A stretch of DNA of 64,000 nucleotides. It comes from Thecamonas trahens ATCC 50062 (lineage: Eukaryota; Protista; Apusomonadida). Both the position numbers and the translations under genes were made by a program. Of the stretch, positions 12,703-23,099 are shown in pieces; the stretch's first letter is position 1; each line of letters begins with the position of its first letter. The notes beneath the pieces were generated by a model. It was not told the origin of the DNA. It did not search any database and saw only the letters and a list, made by a program, of their open reading frames with translations. Location: NCBI RefSeq assembly GCF_000142905.1, contig NW_013657647.1, forward strand, positions 1 to 64,000, given 5' to 3'.

Positions 12703-12946
12703 GGTGCCGCGTGTGGTGCGATGAGTGTCGGTGACGGGAGCACGTGGTTGCGCGGGACATACGTGGCAGGATGTGTCGTCATGATGTTTGATGGTTGGAT
12801 GTGGAAAAGGGGGGGGGGGGGGGGGGTGAGTGGACAAACAACAACATGTGGTCGGATTGGCCTTCCTGCAGTAGCCAGCCAAGCCACAGCGTCGTGCCCA
12901 GCGATTAGCCCCTTGGATTTGAGATCCGTAGCCGGTGAAACCTCAA

Positions 12947-14191
12947 TCAGTAGTCCATGGAAAAGTGGCAGCCGCCATCGTAGACGGGCGACGGCAGATC
13001 GTCCATGGCGGTCGGAGGGGGGAATGCGGCATACGAGAGCGGCGTGAGAGGAGTAAAGTCTGGAGAATGGGCCGCAGGCAGAGCCGACGGCGCGGCAGCA
13101 GCCACCTGGCGTGCGCCATTCCCTGAGCCTGTGCCCATCCCTTGGCTTGCTCCGTTCGAGTCAAAGGTAAGGCGGGCGATGGGCTCAATGCGGGTGATGG
13201 CGTAGGGTGCCGAGAGCAAGTCTGGGGTGGCTGACGCGTTTTGCGCCGGTTCCTCATCCATGGGAAAAGCCATGTCCCGCGCGACTGGGGCGTCGAGACC
13301 GACTGGCGTGATGAGCGAGCCGAGGCCCAGGCCCTCGTCCGACGTCCCGGCCGAGCGCGCGAAGAGCGCAGGGCCGGGCATGTGGGCTGCGGTGCATGAC
13401 ACATCGCCAAAGCCGCCGCCGAGCGAGCCAAGGCCGCCGAGGTGACTTCCAAACGACGCCATAGGCGACGGCCCCAGCGAGTCGAGCGGATCAAAGTCGT
13501 ACCTGTTAGAGAGCAAGTGCATGGCGTCGAGGTCGAGGCTCGGGCCATTGCAGCCAACAGAGAGCGCATCGTCTGTTGTCTTGCTCAGCTCGACGTCCAT
13601 AGCAGACGCCGAGCAAGAGTAGGGTTTGGACGACAGCGGGCAACTGGTGCCATCGTCCAAGGTTGCGCGAGGCGAGCGCAGCAGTGGCTCGCTCGCCGTC
13701 GCTGCGCGGCCGTGGAGGGCCAGCGCCTCGAGCGGCGCAAACGGAGCGAGGAAGACCGAGGTCGGGAGCAGCGGCGGCTGACCATGCGGGAGGAGGCCTG
13801 TCGAAGCAACCGAGGTGCGGAGGGCAGCAAACTCGGTCATGCCCGCCGGGAGGACGGCGGCGACGTGGAGGATGACCAGCGAGTCGTCGGTCCCGAGCCG
13901 GTAGCGGCGGAGCTTGAACGCCCCGTCCGCCCGCGATCGGTACTGTACGCGGACGTCAAGCTCCTTGATGGCCCGCAGCTGTCGCCATCCCCGCGGCGAC
14001 TTCCACGGAACAGAGTCAGGGAACGGCTTGCGGCCATGGAACCGGCGGCATTCCACGTCACGGACAACCACAGGGCGACCAGCAAACTCCTCCGGAAAGG
14101 CAGGCGCAGAGTCGAGCTCCACCAGCCCGCTCATCCCTTCCACCGCAAACCGCAGCAGCCGCACATACTCTTCGTTCTCCAGCCACTCCAT
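12947..14191 (-). CDS. Putative transcription factor with a divergent CG-1 (CAMTA-type) DNA-binding domain and a low-complexity tail
   Basis: WLENEEYVRLL...FPDSVPWKSPRG...VRVQYRSRADGAFKLRRYRLGTDDSLVILHV parallels the CG-1 pattern W..EEI..L / DG..WKK / Y.H...F.RR.YWL..DIVLVHY. No ankyrin or IQ motifs follow. Confidence 0.55.
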   Translation of the reverse strand: MEWLENEEYVRLLRFAVEGMSGLVELDSAPAFPEEFAGRPVVVRDVECRRFHGRKPFPDSVPWKSPRGWRQLRAIKELDVRVQYRSRADGAFKLRRYRLGTDDSLVILHVAAVLPAGMTEFAALRTSVASTGLLPHGQPPLLPTSVFLAPFAPLEALALHGRAATASEPLLRSPRATLDDGTSCPLSSKPYSCSASAMDVELSKTTDDALSVGCNGPSLDLDAMHLLSNRYDFDPLDSLGPSPMASFGSHLGGLGSLGGGFGDVSCTAAHMPGPALFARSAGTSDEGLGLGSLITPVGLDAPVARDMAFPMDEEPAQNASATPDLLSAPYAITRIEPIARLTFDSNGASQGMGTGSGNGARQVAAAAPSALPAAHSPDFTPLTPLSYAAFPPPTAMDDLPSPVYDGGCHFSMDY

Positions 14192-15431
14192 GTCAGCACT
14201 CGGACACGGGGGCGGAGGCGGAGGCGAGGTGGGAGGGGTAGGGGGAGGGCGAGGGGGGGGGGAGGTGTCGCAACCAAGTGGAACGTGGCCTCCAATGGAA
14301 CCTTTTTTTGCGATTGGGTCGGGTGTGCGACAAGTGTGTCGCAATGTGACGCATTGATCGACCGTTCGTTTGTTGGGTGAGTTCGTTTTTTTTCTCGTAC
14401 TTCGTGCCGGATACCGTGTACCCATCAAGACGCGATGGCGCTTCCATGGGACAGTTTGGTGCGTTGGAACAAACAGATCAAAAGAGGTGGGGAAACGGGG
14501 GTGAGGTAGTCTACAACTCGTCGTCATGTCGCTTTGGTCTGGTACAACAACAGCGGCCGAACGCTGGCTAGAGGCTGCCCATGCGGCCTCCTCAGAGCTC
14601 TCATCGGTCTTGGATGACGTTGTCAACTCCGCTCGATCATCTTATGTCCATCATAATCATTCCGCAAGCCCTCCAGTGCTCTTCACGGCCGCTTTCTCCA
14701 CTTCTCACGCGTACCACGTTGCCGCCATATCGTCGTCCACTGCCCACGACGTGATTACACCAAACGCACGCCGTGATCAATGAATCTGGCACTCGGCCTC
14801 CTGCCCATGCTGATCTCCTCTCCTCTGCCTTTCTCACCGCGATCCATATCCTTTCAACCCCCCCCCCCCCACACCCTACACACCCTCTACCTCCTCCATG
14901 TTCATTCTCTTACTTCTTTCCTCTTTTCTCCTTCCCGATCGCTCCTCAGCCGCCGCTTCCCCCCCCTTCGCCCCAGCCCTATTCCCATCCCCGGTCCTCA
15001 ACCCACCTCCCCTACCCTTTCCAACCGCCGATCGTCTAAACGTCACCTCATACAGCAGCATACGCTCCATCTCCTCACCTCCCCCCTCCATCCCGACGCC
15101 TCTGTCCCCCATCCCTGGTTCCTCTCTATCGAATGCCTCCATCCCGCAGCCATCCACAGACTTCCATCACCCCCCTCCCCTCCCGCCTCCCCTCGCCTCC
15201 CCTGGATCCCTGCTACAACAGTAACCAGCCAGAGCCATGCAACAACTCTTGGAGAGACCGGACCCAAGTGGAGCTGACCTGATGGAGAGCTCCTCCACTC
15301 TCTCACGGACATGGTACACCGGGTAGTCGACAACGCGCTCGGCGAGTGCTCGACGAACAAAAGACACTCCTCGACCTGCAATCCGATGCATGGTACATAG
15401 GCATACTCTTGACCTGCCGTTTTCATCAGCA

Positions 15432-15505
15432 GCCTCCATAGCTCAGTTCGGTAGAGCGACAGACTCTTAATCTGTCGGCCGTGGGTTCGAGCCCCACTGG
15501 GGGCT
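15432..15505 (+). tRNA. tRNA-Lys (anticodon CTT), intronless
   Basis: Acceptor stem GCCTCCA/TGGGGGC; D-arm GCTC..GAGC; anticodon arm ACAGA-CTCTTAA-TCTGT; T-arm GTGGG-TTCGAGC-CCCAC. Confidence 0.96.
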
Positions 15506-15512
15506 AGCTACA

Positions 15513-15517
15513 TTTTT
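15513..15517 (+). terminator. RNA polymerase III oligo-dT terminator of the tRNA
   Basis: TTTTT a few nt after the tRNA 3' end. Confidence 0.65.
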
Positions 15518-15609
15518 GCCTCGGCGCACACCCTCCTCCACCACCAAAAGCCAAACCAACCAACCAACCAACCAACCAACCAACCACACACACACGCTCT
15601 TTCTTGGCT

Positions 15610-17986
15610 TTACGATGCATCAACCTCAACATCTAGCTTGCGCAGCGCAGCGGCGGCGGCATCACTCACCCCATAGTCAGGGTCGTCGGCGAGGGCGGTG
15701 AGCGCTGGGACGAGAACCTTGGCGTGCGACGACGAGGCCTTGGCGAGCTTGGTACCGGCGTGGGAGACCAGAATACGAACATTGGGCACCGAGTCACTAG
15801 CCAGCGTGACGACGGCCTTGAGAAAGTGCTTGGTGACGACGTCGGCCGGCAGCGCGCTGGCGACCGAGCCGACGGCGTGAAGGAACATCTGTCGGCGCTG
15901 GAACGAGTCGGCGGCGGCGAGCTCGAGGAGGGCGGCGATAAAGTTGTCGGCGGCGGCGGCCGAGGCAGCGTCGGGCGCCGCCGCAGAGTCGACGCCGAGC
16001 AGGAGGGCGAGGACCGGGCCGACATGGCCCACGGCGACGTGGCGGACGTGCGAGACCGAGTCCTGGCTCAGTCGCAAGACGAGCGGGACAACATGCTCGG
16101 CAACGATGCTCGCGTCAAAGAGCTTGGCCAGGCCGGTCAGCTGCGCCGCAATGGCCTCGCGGTACCGCCAGTTGTCCGAGTTGTCCAGAATCGCGAGGTA
16201 GACCGGCAGGTAGTCGGCACGCCGCTGCGGCGAGAGCACGGCCTGAAAGGCGGCAATCGAGGCGAGGACGCCGACTCGGACCTCGTCCAGATCCTTGAGA
16301 AAAGCGTCAAAAACCGGGAGCAAGTCGGCCTCTGTCGCCTCGGCCCCCACAATCGCGGCGACGGCGTGGAGCGAGTATGCCAGCGTCCGCCGGACCTTCC
16401 ACTGCATGTCCTTGGCAAGGCCGAGGTACAGCGGGCGGAGCGCCGGCCACCCTCGCGGCCGACCGTCAGCATCACCGCCGGAAAGTTGAACGCGCAGTGC
16501 GTCGTGATCTCCGCGTCGATGCTCTTGATGTATGCAGGCTTGGCCATGTCGTTGTAGTACTCTAGGAGCTTGCCCGGCAGGCTCGCTCCCGAGAACCGCG
16601 CAATGAACGGGCCGAGCGCCTCAAACGCCGCAGACCGCACCCACCGCGAGACGTCGTTGACAAACGACTCAAAGTGCGCCACAAGTACACTGCTTCGAAC
16701 CTCGTCGTCAACCACCGTCGCAAGCGCAACCAGCGACTCGGCACATGCCTTGCGCACGCCCCAGATCGAGTCCTTGGCAAGCGACTCGTACAGGTGCAGC
16801 AGCGAGCTCACAATGTCTGCCACCATCCCCGGCGGGCTCGCTCCGCGCCGCGACTCCGCCACGCTCGCGGGCGCATCGCCGGTCCCGACGCCCTCGCTCC
16901 TGCTCGGCCCACTCCCGCTGCCGTCTGCCGCGTCGCTGTCGTCAAGCGGGTCGAGAACAGCCGACGACGCCTCTGCCGGCAGCAGGCTCGTCTCCACTAC
17001 CGGCGCAGGCAGCGCAATGTCGGCGCAGATGTGCGTAATGTTGAGCGCCACAGCCTTGCGCACACGGAACATCGGGTCCGACGCAAGCCGCGTCAGCTCG
17101 GGCACAATGCTCGAGTGCACCGTCGCAAGCGGCACGTTTGGCGCAAGCGCGTCCAGCAGTCCGCACACGTCCACCCGCACAGACTCGGGCTGGTCGTCAG
17201 ACGTCAGACCCAGCGCCATCGGCACAACAACCTCGTCAACAACCCGCGCAAGCCCGGCCCCGGCAAGCACCCGCGCGAGCCGCCCCGCCGCCCCGATGCC
17301 CGTGCTCCGCACCTCGGCGTCGTCGTCGGACACCACGCTTTCGTACATCGGCAGCACAACATCCATCAGCGCCTTGTACGCCCCGTCGCTCACCTGCCCG
17401 TCGCCTCCGCGGATCCGCACCACAGCCGTGACCAGCTCGGGCAGCGCCGCAGCCAGCGCCACCCGCACCACCCGCTCCTCATCGTCAGCTAGCTGCGCCA
17501 GCAGAGGCAGCACAGTATCCAGCAGCTCGTCGCCAGTCACAGGCGCCAGAAGCTCGTCCAGCGCCTTTAGCACAAACATCCGATGCAGAACCATCGTAGC
17601 ACTCGCATACCGCGTCACCTTTTCCACCGCAGGAAGAGTGTCGTCAATGACCAGCACGTCCATGTTCGGAGCCTCGCCGTATGCTTCCCCGCCTTCCCCG
17701 TCGAGGATACCGAACCCCATACCAAACCCTGCACACCACAACACACAGTACCACACACACACACACACACACAGCACCATGAGCCACACTCCTTCTCCTC
17801 CTCATCCCCCCTCTTCCCCTGTACCCTCCTCCACCCACCCGTCCTCTCCGCGCTCCCCTCCCGCCGTCCTTCTCGCCGAAAAATAGGATTCACCCCTGCG
17901 CGCCTCGCCCTCCCTCCCCCTCCCCCCCCCCCCCCCCTCCCCTTCCCCCCCCCTCCCTCCCACCGAAGCTGCTACCTACCCGCCAT
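15610..17986 (-). CDS. PPP4R1: Protein phosphatase 4 regulatory subunit 1 (HEAT repeats); exon 1 17986-17980, intron 17979-17729; frame break at C-run near 16450-16452
   Basis: Motifs DPMFRVRKA, DSIWGVRKACAE, DVSRWVR, HCAFNFPAV, DMQWKVRRTLAYSLH, FLKDLDEVRVGVL, NWRYRE and DSVPNVR. Adding one G gives GREGWPALRPLY. Confidence 0.88.
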
Positions 17987-18454
17987 GGTCCGGTGTTTGG
18001 TTGCGTCAAGTTGGTCTCCTTCTCCCGCGCTCGCCCTCACTCTCTCTCGGTTCATGACTCGCCAACCTGGCTCAGTTGCTGGCACTGGCATCTCTGCCGT
18101 TCACCTCCCGCACTCCGTCGCCCGCCAATGCCCCTCCGAACAAACTGCCACTGACAGCGACCAAGCTGCCATCCCGATGCCTATCAAGCTGCTGTTGAGC
18201 CCCACATCAGGCCCGCATCAACACCCCAACCCCAAACCCAGCCTAGGCCTACATCCATGCCTTGTCGAACTCTGTCTTGCCCTGTTCTCGACATCCTTCT
18301 CCTCCAACCCGACCTGCTGGCCTCTACTGTCCATGCTCCATGCGTGCGTGCGCCAACTAGAAAGCGCACGTGCGCCACCCCCCCCCCCCCCCCCCCCCCC
18401 ACCCACCCCACCCCACCCCACCCCACCCCACCCCACCCCACCCCACCGTCTACC

Positions 18455-19885
18455 ATGCTCAGCCGCACCCTCACCATAATCCTCGCCGTCACCCTCGTCA
18501 TCCTGGCCCAGGCCTCGGCCTCGGCCCCGTCGTACGTGGGCAAGATCCTCGTCTCGTCCTCGGGCTCCTTTGCCCGCTTCCGGGTCCAGTACAACGCCGG
18601 CAACCCGAACCGCAACGTCATGTACATGGCCGGATCAACCATTGTGGCCGTCTCGCCCTCTTCACCGACCCAGTACTCGTCGTACTCGCTGCCGGCGGGG
18701 ACGGACTCGCCCGTCGGCATCTTCCTCTACGGATCGGTGGGCGGATACGTGGCCATCACGCCGCAGCCAGGCAAGCTGGTTGTCCTCAACTGCGCGCAGC
18801 CGTCGAACCCGTACGGCGGGTCGTGCTCACTGACGCAGGCCGCGTCGATCACGCTCCCGGTCGCCGCGTCGACAGAGTGGGTCGACATCGGAATCGGCTT
18901 CACCTCGGGCCAAGGGCGCTACCTCTATCTCATCGCCGCCGACCGCACCGTCGCCGTCATTGCCGCTAACCAGAACTCAAGCCCCTCGGGCTGGTCGGTC
19001 GTCCGCACCTTTACGCTCTCCACGCCTTCCACTGCAGCCTACCCCAACGTGGTCGGGCTCGAAGGCGGCTCGAGCATGGGCGTTGTGTTTGTCTCGCTCG
19101 CGGCTGCTTCCTCGAACTCGACCGGCGCGCCGGGTGCCATTCTCACGCTCGATGCCGCCTCGTCGGCGGTCACCAGGTCGACGTTTGTACCCAACCCTGC
19201 ATTCACCGTCACCTCGGGCGGCTCGGCCGACCTCATTGCTGTCGTCGGCGCACTCAACGCCTCGACTTCGATCGCCCACACCTTCTCCGACGTCTCCTTT
19301 CCGCATGGCTACCAGGTCTCGTGGCCGTCCAACGGGCCTATTGTTGGCGGTTGCAACATTGTCGGCGAGGTCACCTCGACCTCGATGCCGCTCTTTGTCG
19401 TCGCCGATACTGGCTCGGGCCTTGCCCTCCGCCGCGTCGCACCAACCGCAGGCTCAGTCTCGCCGGCCGTTGTCTCTTCCGATTCGGCTGTCTTTGGCGT
19501 CGACTGCATGGCCGCCGAGAACTTTCTCTCGGGTGGCGAGGACATCTGGCTCCCCGCCCGCGAGAGCAGCGCCAACGTCGTCCTCGTCTACTCATCGTCC
19601 GGCCTTGTCGCCGCATCAACCGCCAAGCGCGCCGCCGCCGCTGCTGCCGCCACCTCGGCCCGCATCGAGTCGCTCGCCCTCCACGGCTCAGACTCGGGTT
19701 GCGCAGACCCTGACATGGGTACCACCTGTTTGATGGCCTGCGCGCCGCTGCCAGCTGTCATCTGCTCTCCGATTAACGCCGGCCCGCCCAGCATCGACGG
19801 TCGTCCTGCCGCATGCTTCCTCCTCCCCTCCCATCCCGACTCGTGCAACTTCTGCCCACCGGCCTGGGCCCAATTCTGCCCGTAG
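18455..19885 (+). CDS. Secreted protein, paralogue A: signal peptide, beta-strand-rich body, KR site, 8-Cys C-terminal peptide
   Basis: Signal peptide MLSRTLTIILAVTLVILAQASA; intact 476-codon ORF; protein-level conservation with the next two genes. Confidence 0.85.
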   Translation: MLSRTLTIILAVTLVILAQASASAPSYVGKILVSSSGSFARFRVQYNAGNPNRNVMYMAGSTIVAVSPSSPTQYSSYSLPAGTDSPVGIFLYGSVGGYVAITPQPGKLVVLNCAQPSNPYGGSCSLTQAASITLPVAASTEWVDIGIGFTSGQGRYLYLIAADRTVAVIAANQNSSPSGWSVVRTFTLSTPSTAAYPNVVGLEGGSSMGVVFVSLAAASSNSTGAPGAILTLDAASSAVTRSTFVPNPAFTVTSGGSADLIAVVGALNASTSIAHTFSDVSFPHGYQVSWPSNGPIVGGCNIVGEVTSTSMPLFVVADTGSGLALRRVAPTAGSVSPAVVSSDSAVFGVDCMAAENFLSGGEDIWLPARESSANVVLVYSSSGLVAASTAKRAAAAAAATSARIESLALHGSDSGCADPDMGTTCLMACAPLPAVICSPINAGPPSIDGRPAACFLLPSHPDSCNFCPPAWAQFCP

Positions 19886-20169
19886 ACCACGCCGGTTAAC
19901 TCGCTCCGCTCAATGGCCTCGCTCTGCATCGCTCATGATGGGCAGCCACTGCGGGCGCTCCTGCCGCCATTAGCCACTCCAACCACAGCGAATACCACGC
20001 CCATCTGTTTTTCCCATCCCCCTGTCCCAACCCCAACCCCGTGACCAGGGCCCCGCCGTGCATGCCTCGTGCTCACTGCTCGCCGCCACCCACACGTGCG
20101 CGTCAGGTGACACCGCCCCCCTCCCCCCCCCCAACACCCACCCCACCCCACCCCACCCAACCGTCTACC

Positions 20170-21597
20170 ATGCTCAGCCGCACCCTCACCATCATTCTCG
20201 TCGTCACCCTCGTCATCCTGGCCCAGGCCTCGGCCTCGGCCCCGTCGTACGTGGGCAAGATCCTCGTCTCGTCCTCGGGCTCCTTTGCCCGCTTCCGGGT
20301 CCAGTACAACGCCGGCAACCCGAACCGCAACGTCATGTACATGGCCGGATCAACCATTGTGGCCGTCTCGCCCTCTTCACCGACCCAGTACTCGTCGTAC
20401 TCGCTGCCGGCGGGGACGGACTCGCCCGTCGGCATCTTCCTCTACGGATCGGTGGGCGGATACGTGGCCATCACGCCGCAGCCAGACAAGCTGGTTGTCC
20501 TCAACTGCGCGCAGCCGTCGAACCCGTACGGCGGGTCGTGCTCACTGACGCAGGCCGCGTCGATCACGCTCCCGGTCGCCGCGTCGACAGAGTGGGTCGA
20601 CATCGGAATCGGCTTCACCCGGGCCGGTGAGCGCTACCTCTATCTCGTCTCGTCCAACAGGACGATTGCAGTCGTCGACGCCCCACCCGGCGCTCCGGCC
20701 GCGCACTGGTCGGTCGTCCGCGTGGTGACCATCGCATCAGCCGTAACCGCCCACTATCCATATGTGGTCGGACTGGAAGGCGGCGATAACATGGACATGG
20801 TCTTTGTCTCGCTTGCGGCGGCAGACCCGAGGTCGGCCTCCGGTGGCGATCCCGGCGTCATCCTCACTCTCGACGCACGCACCTCGGCCGTCACCCATAC
20901 CACTTTTGTCTCGCGCCCGGCGTTCACTTCCACCTCGGGCGGCTCCGCTGACCTCGTTGCTGTTGTCGGCGCACTCGACAACTCAACCGCCATTGCCCAC
21001 GCCTTCTCCGACGTATCCTTCCCGCATGGCTACCAAACCACCTGGCCCAGTGCCGGCCCCATCGCCGCCGGCTGCACCGTCGACGGCGCCGTCACAGCCT
21101 TCTCCATGCCGTTGTACGTCGTGGCCAGCCTCGGTGGGTCGGGCCTCTCGCTTCGCCGCGTCGCGCCGGTCGCCGGCACCGTCTCGCCCTCGGCATCGTC
21201 CCCCGACACTGCCGCCTACGGCATCGGCTGCTACGCTGCCGTCGACTCGCTCTCAGGTGGCGAGAACACGTGGATCCCGGCCATCGCGAGCGGCACCAAT
21301 GTCGTCCTTGTCTATGCTTCGCCGCCCAGCCTTGTGCCCACCAAGCGCACACCCGCCAAGCATGCGCTCGCCCGCGTGCGCTCGACCGCCGTCGGCAGCT
21401 CAGCCCCAGGCTGTGTCGATCCCGACATGGGCACGACCTGCCTCGAGGCCTGTGATCCACTGCCAGCCGTCATCTGCTCCCCCATCGACCCCGGCCCATC
21501 CACCGTCGACGGCCGCCCTGCCGCCTGCTTCCTCCTTCCGTCCCATCCCGACTCGTGCAACTTTTGCCCGCCGGCTTGGGCCCAGTACTGCCCCTAG
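20170..21597 (+). CDS. Secreted protein, paralogue B (same architecture as A)
   Basis: First ~150 aa nearly identical to A, diverged middle, conserved 8-Cys tail CVDPDMGTTCLEAC...CNFCPPAWAQYCP. Confidence 0.85.
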   Translation: MLSRTLTIILVVTLVILAQASASAPSYVGKILVSSSGSFARFRVQYNAGNPNRNVMYMAGSTIVAVSPSSPTQYSSYSLPAGTDSPVGIFLYGSVGGYVAITPQPDKLVVLNCAQPSNPYGGSCSLTQAASITLPVAASTEWVDIGIGFTRAGERYLYLVSSNRTIAVVDAPPGAPAAHWSVVRVVTIASAVTAHYPYVVGLEGGDNMDMVFVSLAAADPRSASGGDPGVILTLDARTSAVTHTTFVSRPAFTSTSGGSADLVAVVGALDNSTAIAHAFSDVSFPHGYQTTWPSAGPIAAGCTVDGAVTAFSMPLYVVASLGGSGLSLRRVAPVAGTVSPSASSPDTAAYGIGCYAAVDSLSGGENTWIPAIASGTNVVLVYASPPSLVPTKRTPAKHALARVRSTAVGSSAPGCVDPDMGTTCLEACDPLPAVICSPIDPGPSTVDGRPAACFLLPSHPDSCNFCPPAWAQYCP

Positions 21598-21741
21598 CCC
21601 GGCCAAATCGCACGTGCACGCGTCGGGCAGCAGGCGCCCCCTCGCGCACCTGCCTGGCCTCGCACCCCGCTCTGCCCACGTCAGCCCGTCTCTCCACCAT
21701 TGGCCGTTAACCACCCATACTCTTCTCCGCTCCCTCCCGCC

Positions 21742-22893
21742 ATGGACACTTCTGCTGTGGTCCTACTTGCCCTTGCCGTCTTGGCCTGCGGCCTGGCACC
21801 TGCGGCAAGTCTCTCGGCGCCGGCGTTTGTGACGGCTGTTGGCCTCGGCGACAGCGGCTCATTTTTCCGCTTCAAGTCTGTGAGCGGAAAGGCCATGTTT
21901 GGCATGGATGACATGCTCGTGGCGGTGGAGGAGGGCAGCCAGGCCAAGATCCATACTTTTGACATGGGCTTGGCCCCTCAGATTGCCCACTTTATCGATG
22001 GCGTGGGCGGCGGACGGATTTTGGCTGTCGCTGCAGGCAACGAGGCCGTCGAGCTCGCCTGCGCATCGCCGACCTCGTCGTCGGGCGCAACATGCTCGAT
22101 GGCGCCGATCGGCGGGCCGATTGCGCTGCCGACGCTTTCGTCGACGGTTTGGGTTGACTCGGCACTGACCCATCATCCGGTCAGCGGCGCCACGCTTGTC
22201 TACCTCGTTTCCGTCGACATGGCCATCGTCGAGCTCAACTGTGCCGGCGCGTGCTTTGTCGCAAACTCATACGACTTGCGCACGCTCATCAACATCACTG
22301 AAGTCTCGTCCGACTTTCCCTACTTTCACGCGGCAACTGCCGGCAAGGCGGCGAGCGGAAAGGCGCTGTTTGTCACCCTCCTCGCCGCGGCGCCCGCGGT
22401 CGGCGTCCGACCCATGGGCGCGATAGTCACCCTTGTCCTCCCGGACCTGACCAGCTCGGTGGCGGAGACGTTGCCAACACCGGCGGTGGTCTTTGCTTAT
22501 GGCGCGAGCAGCGGCGATCTCGCCATTCCGTACTACATCTCGAGCAACGAGACACAGATCATGGCCTTTACGCCGCACACCATTGGATATCCCACTTGGA
22601 ACACGGTCGGCGATCTGGCCGTCGGCTGCGCCGCCAACAGCTTCTCGTTGTCGAGCCAGCACTATGCGGTCATGGCCTCGTACGCCTCAAACATCGCGCA
22701 CATTGGTGGCAGCATCGTTGGCGTCAACCTTGACACCAGCATGGTTACGGCTGCCGCCGCCAGCACTAGCACGCCGTCGGCCACTGCTGGCTGTATCCTC
22801 TCGCCACCGTCGGGAATCAGTGGCAAGCTCACCGCCTGGCTGCCGGCAACTACTCCCTCAGGCGCCCCTGTTGTCCTCGTCTACCAGCTGTGA
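21742..22893 (+). CDS. Secreted protein, divergent paralogue C, lacking the Cys-rich tail
   Basis: Signal peptide MDTSAVVLLALAVLACGLAPAAS. Shares SAP..V.....SGSF.RF, C..P....G..CS, I.LP....T.WVD and WLPA....VVLVY with A and B, then stops. Confidence 0.75.
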   Translation: MDTSAVVLLALAVLACGLAPAASLSAPAFVTAVGLGDSGSFFRFKSVSGKAMFGMDDMLVAVEEGSQAKIHTFDMGLAPQIAHFIDGVGGGRILAVAAGNEAVELACASPTSSSGATCSMAPIGGPIALPTLSSTVWVDSALTHHPVSGATLVYLVSVDMAIVELNCAGACFVANSYDLRTLINITEVSSDFPYFHAATAGKAASGKALFVTLLAAAPAVGVRPMGAIVTLVLPDLTSSVAETLPTPAVVFAYGASSGDLAIPYYISSNETQIMAFTPHTIGYPTWNTVGDLAVGCAANSFSLSSQHYAVMASYASNIAHIGGSIVGVNLDTSMVTAAAASTSTPSATAGCILSPPSGISGKLTAWLPATTPSGAPVVLVYQL

Positions 22894-22937
22894 TCCGTGA
22901 CCATCCCGGAGTTTACTCATGTGAAGCACGGCTCCGC

Positions 22938-23099
22938 CTCGCACTTACTGATGGAAGACAAAGACTGCCCCGCAGTTGTTGTTGGAGCCCGAGTTGCCCT
23001 TCATGTCACCAACGCACGCTCGCACTTACTGATGGAAGACAAAGACTGCCCCGCAGTTGTTGTTGGAGCCCGAGTTGCCCTTCATGTCACCAACGCACG
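22938..23099. repeat. Perfect tandem duplication, 2 x 81 bp
   Basis: CTCGCACTTACTGATGGAAGAC...CACCAACGCACG occurs at 22938-23018 and 23019-23099. Confidence 0.93.

Noticed and set aside
14526-15330. Short plus-strand ORFs before the tRNA
   Set aside because: No motifs, and joining them would need several unsupported frameshifts.
22938-23099. Repeat considered as a CRISPR array or transposon end
   Set aside because: No spacers, cas genes, terminal inverted repeats or transposase anywhere in the window.
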